NCBI GenBank assembly: GCA_026770705.1 | Contig: JANJGN010000012.1 | Location: 100,006,001-100,070,000 of the forward strand | Reading direction: 5' to 3' | Source: Isurus oxyrinchus | Lineage: Eukaryota | Length of the DNA stretch: 64,000 nt | Part shown: positions 50,620-60,758 of the stretch, piece by piece | Numbering within the stretch: the stretch's first letter is position 1 | How the letters are laid out: each line of letters opens with the position of its first letter | Notes under the pieces: model-generated | Seen by the model: only the letters and a program-made list of their open reading frames with translations | Told to the model about the DNA's origin: nothing | The model's database searches: none | Position numbers and translations under genes: made by a program

Positions 50620-52487
50620 ACAGCATATATAAGGCGTGCACTTGGTGGGCTACACTTTGAGGGGAACTCGGAGGTGAGTGCACAGTAACATTGTGCAGCA
50701 CTTGTGAAGGATGCCTGTTGGACTTGAAGGTTGAGGCACATTGTGGGGGTGGGCAAGGACTATCCTGTGTTTGAGGTGAGTTGGGAGGGGGCCAAGGGCT
50801 ACCCTGCAATTGAGGCAAGTTTGGAGGGGGCAAGGGCTGCCCAACAGTTGAGGCCAGTTGGGGGAGAGGGGCAAGGGCTGACCTGCATTTGAGGTGAGTC
50901 TGGAGGGGCCAACGGCTGCCATGCAGTTGAAGCAAGTTTGGAAGGGGCAAGGGCTTCACTGCAGCTGATGGTGATACACACGCACGTGTGGGGTGGAGGT
51001 TGGGGGGGTCAGGGGGGAAGCGGCCACACATCAGGGGAACATTGTCTAAAGTGACCATTCCTCCACAGCTGAGACAGTTTAGATGCAGCCACATTGACAT
51101 GTTTGGAGTCGGGCCTCTAGCTTATCTGCCCACTCAAGCAACGCAGAGGCACGAAAGTGCTTTTCACCAGTCGGGCACAGACTGCAAAGTAAAGAGCATT
51201 TTAGTGGACTGTAGAACAGTTGGACAGCTGCGCACATTGTACAATCTCCTTGCAAAACCTGGCTATGAAACAGTCACTGTGGAAGTGCTTATGGCCTCTT
51301 GAAATGGCATCATTCCGGTTTGGATTAGTCTCCCCCATGGTTCAAGCTAAAAGTGCAGCCTTGCATTGTGGGTTTGGAGAATGCGTGTGACTGAGCTGAG
51401 AGCACAGCATGCAGTCCAGTTGGCAAAGCTGCCACCAATCGGTCAGGTGGAGTGGGCAGAGGACTATGGGGTTTCAGGCAGCCATGCAGCGTACTAAACT
51501 CTGGCTATCCAATTGGTGGCCAGTACTCTCAGGGATGTGTTAAGGGGCCTTCAGACTTAACTAAAAGAGGTTCTTAGTACACGCATGCTAACCTACACGT
51601 CTCTCTCTTTCATGCTGCAGGATGAGTACATCAGGAGTAAGGAGCCTGGTGAACCAGCTGTATGCCTTGTGGTGTACAAAGAACATTGACGAAGGAGAGG
51701 AAAGTGACGGAGACAGCTGGCTGTACAGAGCGAGGAGCAGCACCCTCAGGAAGAAGGGGTGGCTGGGACTCCCATAAAAGCCGTTGAAGGGCCACAGTGA
51801 GCCATCACCGGTCAGCACCTAGCTAGACCAAGGGTCTGTAGAGGCCACCTTTCATTCCTGCAGATGACCAAGAGCCAGTGTCACCAAAGGCAGTGCATGT
51901 CTAGGGAACTTGTCAGTCACATCAGCCAGCTGTTGCAGGATTTGGTGCCTCAGGGTCATGGAGGGCATCCACTGCCAGTAGCCTTGAAAGTGACCGTGAC
52001 GCTCAATTTTTGCACTGGTAGCTCCTTTCAGGACTCCACAGGTGAGCTCTGTGGGATATCACAAGCCTCCACCCACATATGCATCCATAAAGTCTCAGAC
52101 ATCATCTTTGTGAGGACACACAGCTTTGTGCATTTTGCCCAGGACCAGGAAAGCCAGGATGAAAGAGCAATTGGATTTGCCCAGGTCTTCAGTTTCTCAC
52201 AGTTGCAGGGTACCATCGACTGCACTCACGTGGTGCTCAGATCTCCATGGCAACAAGCAGTCAACTATGTCAACTGCAAGTGCTTCCATTTGTTGAATGT
52301 GCAGCTGGTGTGCAACCACCACAAAAGCATCCTGCAAGCCTGGGCTTGGTTTCCAGGGAGTGTCCATGACATCTACATCCTCAGTTGATCACAGAGCCCT
52401 GATGTCTTTCAGGGTCCACAGAGGGTCCTTGGGGTCAAGGGGATGTGGCTGATGACACCTGTGCAGCAACACAGGTTGCAGCAGCAG
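50620..52487 (+). mobile_element. Harbinger element 'B', 5' part: promoter/leader and transposase N-terminal two-thirds (51864-52487)
   Basis: Reverse-complement homologue of ~38913-40255. TATA-like 'catatataag' at ~50624. Motifs QGTIDCTHV, LNVQLVC, FPGSVHD and WLMTPV. Confidence 0.85.
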
Positions 52488-53043
52488 GTAAGCAGGAAAG
52501 GCTTTTGATCACATAGCTCACTGATATGTGTCAATTTGCCCACTTTTCAAGAATGAATTCCACTGGACCATCTGGCACAGAGAGCTGGAAGAGGGACAAA
52601 GGCAGTGGAACGAAGAACAAAAGAGCTCAAAATGTCATTGAGACTGACCTCCAAACCTAATTGAGGACAGTGAACATAGGAGATAAAGACTTCTGGGTCA
52701 ACACGGGAGGAAATGTTAAGATATTTTTCTCATGTCATGCAGAAGAAGGTTGCACTGCCAGCTATCTTACTGCCAGTCCTGCAGACCAGTACTAAAAGTT
52801 TAATGACCCAACAAGGGCTGGCATGTTAACTCATTGACTGCAGTTCATTTTTCACTTGGGCACTGTGGGCCCTAGTGCACTCTTCACTCTTGAAAATTAA
52901 AAGCTCCACAACTAACCCATCATAGTTTTTGGGTGTTAAAGAGGTCACACAGTTGAGATCCTACAATATGTGTAGCATCTCTCCTAACGGCATTTGTATG
53001 GAGTATCTTAAAACCCTTTCCTCTACTTCAGTAGGGTGATACC

Positions 53044-54315
53044 TGTAGTATAAAGGTCTGGCACATAAAGGGTTAAAGTGGGACTGAGTACAGTACTGCC
53101 CTCACAGTGATGTAAGAGAATACATGACCCGCACCTAGGGGTTAGTGTAGTGTTGGATCGAACAGTGTATAGAAGCAAGCATGGAGACAGCCCCTAGCTT
53201 GGATCTTTATTGTATCTATGTATACAGTTTCTAGTAGTTAATAAATACTTACTGTTAAATTACCTAAGGCTAAGAAGACCTTAATAAGACCTACTGAACA
53301 ACGCCCAATGCCTTACAACACAGCAGCAGCGAATGGAACAACTCAAAGCCTTGCAGAGACTGCAGGAGAAAATTAAAATCCTGGAAAACAGAAGAAAAAA
53401 TCAAAGAAGCATTCTGGCCTGAAGAAAAGTTCAAGAAGTGAAGGTGCGAAAGGAAATTGCCAGAGAAAATGCTTGGAAGCCAAAGGCAGAAATTAAATTC
53501 CTCACTGCAGCAGAAGACTGCATTGAATCCCGTGGAAGCCCAATTTCAATACCCAGATTGTGAAGAGTCAGCAGACCTAGCAGCGCTCAGCTAACAATTT
53601 TAAATTTCTGTACAGCACTGGTCCTGAAAAAAAGTTAAATTTAATAAACGTGTTCAACAGCCAGGAGAACCTGTCAGCGCCTTCATGAACCAGATTTACA
53701 GAATATGATTACGGTGACCTGAAACCTGAGCTAATCAGGGATAGAATAGTTGAATGAGTGGTTGATGACACAGTCTCAGACATGTTTCAAGCGAAAGGAG
53801 ATCCAACCCTTGAAAAAGCCATCAAAGTTGTCAGGCAATCTTAAACCCATTTGTAGCACAGATCCATGTTAAGGGGTGAAAGCAAACTGTGGTGCAAAGT
53901 AAACGCCACTGTCCAGCTAGGGAAAGAGCACAGAAATAGGGACACTCCAGGCCAAGGGAAGTAATACCCTAACAGATCAGTAGAGCAACCATTCCAGTGC
54001 TGTGGAGCAAACTACCCTCACAGACGTGATCAAAGTCAGGCAACTTTAGCCCAATGCTTTCAGTGTGACTGAATAGGACACTTCAGGAAGTTATGCAAAG
54101 CTAAAACTTCAAAACACACAGAAGAACCGAAGAGGGTTTGCAAGGTTGAGACAGCGCACCAAGAGGACACATGCTTCTTGGATGAGATCAAAGTTCCTGG
54201 ATGTTCATTCTGGAATGCAGACAGCTCAGTTAATGGCCATCTCACGAACATTAAGTTGGACACAGGAACCAGTGTTACTGTCCTAACAGACAAAAAACTG
54301 TGGCTGAGAGACCTC
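53044..54315 (+). mobile_element. Truncated Gypsy-type LTR retrotransposon: 5' LTR (53044-53320), gag and protease relics
   Basis: LTR runs TGTAGTA...ACAACA with an internal AATAAA. Gag-like ELIRDRIV and LEKAIKVVRQ, knuckle CFQCD*IGHFRKLC, protease KLDTGTSVTVL. Confidence 0.75.
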
Positions 54316-54319
54316 TGGA

Positions 54320-56597
54320 CCTAAAGACCTAGGAAACAGTGACCGTAACACGGTAGAATTTAGCATTCAGTTTGAGAGTGAGAAATTTGGGTCGGAAAAA
54401 AACTGTGCTAAAGTTAAATAAGGGTAATTACAAAGGAATGAGGGCAGAGTTGGCTGGACTGGACTGGGAAAGGAGTTTAGCAGAAAAGATGGTTGATGAA
54501 CAAAGGTAGACATTTAAGAAAATAGTTCAAGACTCACAACAAGGATATATCTCAGTGAGGAAGAAAGGTTCTAGGAAGGGGATAAACCAACCATGGTTAA
54601 CCAAGGAAGTTAAGGATAATATCAAATCAAAAGAAAAAAACATACAATGTGGCAAAGATTAATGGTAGGCCAGACGATTGGGAAAGTTTTAAAAACCAAC
54701 AAAAGATGACTAATAAATAATAAAGATGGAGAAAATAAACTTTGAGGGTAAACTAGCAAGTAATATAAAAACAGACAGTAAGAGCTTCTTTAAATATATA
54801 AAAAGGAAGAAAGAGGCCAATGTGAACATAGGCCCCTTAGAGAATGAGGCTGGGGAAATAATAATGGGGAACCAGGAAATGGCAGAGGAGTTGAATAAAT
54901 ACTTTGCATCAATCTTCACGGTAGAAAACACCAATAGCATTACAAAAATACAAAATAATCAAGGGGCAAAAGCCGGGGAGGAAATAAATACAATAACTAT
55001 CATTAGAGAAAAAGTATTATGGAAATTAATGGGGCTAAAGACCAATACGTCACCCAGGCCTGATGGGTTGCATCCTAGGATATTAAAGGAAGTAACTACA
55101 CAAATAGTGGATGCACTGGTAGTAATCTTCCAAGAATCCTTAGATTCTGGAAAAGCCCCAGAAGACTGGAAAACTGCCACTGTAATGCCCTTATTCAAAA
55201 AGGGAGGGAGACAAAAAACATGTAACTATAGGCCAGTTGGCTTAACATCTGTAATTGTGAAAATGTTGAAGTCTATTATAAAGGATGTAATAGCAGAACA
55301 TTTAGGAATGCATAATCCAATCAAGCAGAGTCAGCATGGCTTCATGAAGGGGAAATCATGCCTGACAAATTTATTGGAATTCTCTGAGGATGTATGAAGC
55401 AGGATAGATAAAAGGGAACCAGTAGATGTAATATATTTGGATTTCCAAAGGTGTTTGATAAGGTACCGCACATAAGGCTACTTAATAAGATAAGAGCCTG
55501 TAGTGTTGGGGGTAGTATGTTAGTATGGATAGAGGATTAGCTAACTAATAGAAGACAGAGGGATGCAATAAGAGGGACATTTTCAGGATGGCAACCTGTA
55601 ACTAGTGGAGTGCCACAGGAATCAGTGCTGGGGCCAGAATTATTTATGATATATATTAATGACTTAGATGAGGAAAGTGAATGTAATATCGCCAAGTTTG
55701 TAGATAACACAAAAATAGGTGGGAAGGCAAGTGGTGAGGATGACACAAAGAGTCTAAAGAAGGACATAGACATGTTAAGTAATTGGGAAAAAAATTGACA
55801 GATGGAATATAATGTGGGAAAATGTGAGGCTTAAATAGAGAAAGACTGCAGAAAGCTGCAGCACAGAGGGATTTGGGAGTCCTTGTGCATGAATCCCAAA
55901 AAGCTAACATACAAGTTCAGCAGGTAATAGAGAAGACAAATGGAAAGTTGGCCTTTATTTCAAGGGGAATGGAGTATAAAAATAGGAAGTCTTGCTAAAA
56001 CTACACAAGGCACTAGTTAGACCACATCTAGAATACTGTGAACAGTTTTGGACCCCTTATCTAAGGAAAGATATACTGGCATTGGAGGCAGTCCAGAGAA
56101 GGTTCACAAGGTTGATCTTGGGGATGGGGGAGGATTTTCTTATGAGGAGCGGTTGAGCAGGTTGGGTATGTACACTTTGAAGTTTAGAAGAATGAGAGGC
56201 GAATATTATTGAACATATAAGATTCTTAGGGGGCTTGACAGGATAGATGCTGAGAGGTTGTTTTTCCTTGTTGGAGAGTCTAGGGCCAGAAGGCATAATC
56301 TCAGATTAAGGGGTCATCCATTTAAGACAGGAATGAGGAAGAATTTCTTCTCTCAGAGGGTACTGAATCTGTGGAACTCTTTACCACAGAGGGCTGTAGA
56401 GGCTGGGTCATTAAGTATGTTCAAGGCTGCAATAGACAGATTTTTAATCAGTAAGGGAATCAAGGGTTATAGGGAAAAGGCAGGAAAGTGAAGTTAAGGA
56501 TTATCAGATCAGCCATGATCTCATTGAATGGTGGAGCAGACTCAATGGACCAAATAGCTTACTTCTGCTCCTATGCCTTATGGTCTTATGGTCTTGT
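54320..56597 (+). mobile_element. 5'-truncated CR1-type LINE (ORF2 RT) with a cttatggt tandem tail
   Basis: ORF 54726-55397 (SPRPDGLHPRILKE, NYRPVGLTS, QHGFMKGKSCLTNL) and 55610-55798 (PQESVLGP, KFVDNTK). Tail 'cttatggtcttatggtctt'. Confidence 0.9.
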
Positions 56598-57730
56598 GGC
56601 AGCCTCAGAATGCAACAGAGCGAAGGTATAATGAGAGTCATGCAGCAGCTCACAACTTGGTGAAGCAGGCCATTGGGATGCTAAAAATGAGGTTACAGTG
56701 CCAGGACTGGTCTGGTGGAGCCCTGCAATACAGTCCACAGAGGGTGTCACACATCGCTGACGCCTGCTGTGTCCTTTACAACCTGGCACTGAAATGGGGA
56801 GAGGAGCTGGCTGAGGAGGAGATGCAGGAGCTGGAGGTCTCCTCAGATGAGGAGGACACCGATGGGGATGAGGGTAATGAGATCCTTGAAAGTGACGATG
56901 ATGGGAATGAGGCCATCGCACTGGCCAGATGAGGCAGGTTCACTCGGGAGGCCCTCATAGTTGCTAGGCTGTGGGGGATGATGACAACATGCAGTGAGGA
57001 GGCACCATAGATCCTCACATCGCATCTGTGAAGGTTTGACTCCAGTCTGGCTTATGGCAGATAACATACCCTCCGTGATAAATCTCCTGTCATGGAGATG
57101 TAGTGGAGGCCCTAATAGTTGCTCGATTCCGGAGGATGATGATGACATGCAGTGAGGACATTCCACAGCTCTTCACATAGCCTCTGTGAATGTCTGAATC
57201 ATGTCCTGCTGAGGGCAGCTCACTTGCGCTCTGTGATCAGGGGCATGTCTTGGAGACCCAGCCGTGAAATTTTAAATGCACCAGACCCTTTTGTCAGCCT
57301 TCAGCACCTGACCCCTTCAGGAGCACAGCTTCACTGGTCACAGATGCTGATGAGATGGGGGCCAAATCTGCCTTAAAGGTGCTGAGAGCACACAGAAAGA
57401 ATGACAGAACTCTGTGACACCTTCCAACTACATTCTGGCAGCAATGACAAACAATGTCAAGGTGCAAGCATCAGCAATGTGGCCAGGGATTGTGAAGCCA
57501 GACCATCATGTTGGTCTCAAGGCTGCACAAAGCACAGGGAAGAGGCCCTGGACTGAGACATCTGCCTTTATCTTGTGCAGGAACCAAGGTTTCACATCTG
57601 AGTGACATAAACGCCGCTCATCAGAACAAGGAGCCATAGGCAAGGAGGCATTTTTGGGAGTTTATTGACAATAGTGAACATTATGTGCAAGTGATAACAC
57701 CCGCGCACTGGCTGCACAAATTACAGCTTC
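56598..57730 (+). mobile_element. Harbinger element 'B', 3' part: transposase C-terminus, intergenic region, and 3' UTR/stop of the convergent Myb gene
   Basis: 'ERRYNESHAAAHNLVKQAIGMLKMRLQCQDWSGGALQYSPQRV' plus an acidic tail. The minus strand at 57730-57661 reads gaagctgTAA...gtcAATAAA. Confidence 0.8.
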
Positions 57731-57797
57731 CTGGTTGGACACAGGTACAGCTTGCTGCTGCTGCTGCTACAGTTGTGTGCTGGCAGTGTTGCTGGCC

Positions 57798-57936
57798 CCT
57801 CCCTTTAGGGGAGGAAATCTGCCATCTTTACCTGGTCTGGCCAATACGTGATTCCAGACCCACAGCAACCAACCTCTGAACAAGGGTAATAAATGCAGTC
57901 CTAGCCAGTGACACCCATATCCCATGAATGAATAAT
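57798..57936 (+). mobile_element. SINE 3' fragment nested in the Tx1 5' UTR
   Basis: 'ggaggaaatctgccatc.ttacctggtctggcc...aataaatgc.gtcctagccagtgacaccca.atcccatgaatgaataa' shares its tail with the LINE at 2340-2400. Confidence 0.6.
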
Positions 57937-60758
57937 CAAAGCTGTGTTGCTGGCTGCTGTTTGCTGCTCCTGTTTTTGCTCCTGTTCCTGTGGATTGCTG
58001 CTGTTTGCTCCTGTCGTTGTGAGTTTCAGCTATTGATGCTGCTGCTGTTGCTTGGAGAGCTGTAATTGGCTTGCAAGCTGAGACCTGAAGACCTGTAGTG
58101 AGGTGCTGTTTTCTGATCCAACACCTGTGGGAGGGCAGGCCTGCAGCTCAAGGTCTGAGGCTTTCAGGCCTACATTGAAGAGAGAGGAGGGAGAGGAGTG
58201 GACCTGGAGGGAGAAAACTTTCCACTATGGACATTCAGAGGTGTGTGCTTTGAGACATGAGTGGGGGGGTTTGAATTGGACTGTGTTGCGATAGTGGAGG
58301 GAGAAGTGGAGGAAAAACGGCCGAGCGGTGTGCATGTGTTTGGATTGCGACATACTCTTCCGTTGTCTGGTATCCACCCCATCCCTCTTCTTCCCAGTTT
58401 CGGAGTCCGTGCTAGCTGGGGTTGCCTGGTTAAGAGCAACTGTACCAGCTTCCATGTGCCAGGCAGTCCCAGCTACCTGGTGAAGACATTGCCCTCCCCT
58501 ATTGGAAGAGCAACCTGACCCCTCACAATGTTCCCCCACCCCCCACCACCCTTTGCACCTCTGTCACTTATTCATGCTGGGCCTTCTTGACGTCCTCCTG
58601 TGCCTTCCTCTCTCTTTGCCTCTCTCTCCCTCTCTGAACACCTGGGGGGGAAGATCATTTCAGTCCCTTTATCTACCGCTCTCTTTCCCTTGCCAACATA
58701 CTTTTCTCGGGGTGGGTGTAGCTTGACTACTGCGTGGCAACATCTTTGTCACTGGTGGCGGGGCCTTCCAAAGCCATCCACGCAGGGGCAGTGGCCTGCT
58801 CAGCTGCTGCTGCTGTCCCTGTGGCCCCATCACCCTTTTGGCTGATGACAAAACAACTCGGGGTGAAAAGCTACACCCATCCCGACATGACCATTGTTGA
58901 CCCACCAGCCACAGTTGCTGCCTCCAAGATGTACAGAAAAGCCGTAATTTTCCTGAGGTCAAAGCGGGTGGTACACCTGGCCCTTGAAAAGGGGCTCACT
59001 GTGGGTGGGACCTTTCTAGCGGTGGACCCTTTGGAGGCCACCGCCCAGAGGATCATAATCTCCAATGTGCTGCTCTTTGTCTCCAGTGAGCTCCTCCTCC
59101 CCCACCACCATCAAGTGGGGGAGGTTAGGTCAGGGGTTGCATCGATTCCGCTCAGCCTCAAGGATGCGGCCCTCCGCCACATGTACTCCTTCCGTTTTCA
59201 TCCGCCTGGTCCGGGAGGAGTGCGTGAAGGGGGTTTTAATGTGGAATCTTCTGGACTGTGGATGGCGTGCGGTGCTATGCCTGCAAGGAGGTGGGGCATG
59301 TCCATAAGAACTGACCCGCCTCCAAGACCGCCAGCACCATCCAGACGGCTGTGGCTGGCACCACGGCTCCTCCCCCTTCCACCCCTCCATCTTTCTCCCA
59401 GCAAGGGGAGGTGCTGCTGGCAGCCATCGGCATCTTGGATGGCGGCAAGGTGGGGCGAGACCCTGCGCCGTAAGAAAGCACGGAAGAAGACCCGCCACCT
59501 GGAGGCAGCCCCCCAGACCCCCAAACCCGCCCTGATCCCCAGACCCCTGAAAATACCGGCTCGGAGGTAAATACGTCATCTGGCCCTGGCGACGTGTCTG
59601 TGCTTGATCCCGTGCCTGTGAGCCTTAGCGCCATGTGCTGGGCCTGGCGTTGTGCCTGCGCAAATTCCCGGGTCTGGTGATGATGGGGTGTGTGGCCCTG
59701 AGCCGGTGGTTATTCTCAAATAGATTGACCTGTCCAAATCCCAAGGGGCGGAGCGTCAGGGAGTTGCTGGAGGAGGCAGAGGGCGCCTTGAAGATGAAGG
59801 TCTCCCCAGCCCCCAGCCTACCCTAGAAGCAACGCCACCCCTCAGAGGGGGAGGACCTCGTGACTTGTGAGGTTGAATGTGTCCCCTCTCCCAATGACGA
59901 GGTGATGGCGTCTCTGTCCCACAATTCCTCGCTCTGCCTTCTGGCGGCTGCTCAAACCCCCGTTCCCTTGCTGTGGTCCCCAGGGCAGGACCACTTGGGG
60001 ATCGGTGGGGGTACCAACCTTGCAGGGTGCCCAACCCCGACCCACCATGTACCTCCGAGATGCCATCTGGCCTATAAGGGAGCTGCAGCCATCCATTCAT
60101 GGCTCCGATTGCTGTGTCATTGGGTGGCGGTGGCGAGGAGAGTATCCCTGCTCCGTTTCAGCCTTTGGCGCCGGGCACTATTGTTTTGGGCCCGGAACTC
60201 TGGATTCGCCTGGTGACCCAGTGCCTGGGAGCGGGTCTCTGAGCTGCTGCCACCCTCCAACCCACAGCCCCGAGAGAGGACCAGAGAGGACCCCTCTAGC
60301 CATGATTCTTGGGGTGGGATTGAAGCAGGGGTAGAGTCAGCTGGCAGCTCCGAATCATCCCCCACACTCAATGCGGAGGAGGGTCGGAAGCCAGAGATGA
60401 CAACCCGGAGGAGGATCGGGTGTTGATAGCAAGGATCTTCGATATCCTTAAGCCGTTGGAGCCAGGGTGAGGTGAGGGGGGCTTTGTTGCCCACTGTCGA
60501 CTCCTCCTTCATCCCCATTGAGGAACTCTAGGATTTTTTGGTGAGTAATTGTGGTCACCGAGACAGGGTCCAGTTGGCCTTGGACCAGTGGCATTTGTTT
60601 CTGGTCCACCCATGAGGACCTAAAGGCTCCCAGGCAGAACGGGAATGCCTGGTGAAGTGTCTATACATTCCACGCCAGGCTCCTGAAGGAGAGGAGGACT
60701 TAAAATAGTCCTCTCCTCCTTACGTTAAGAATGGTGATGGTAGCACATACTTCTGACA

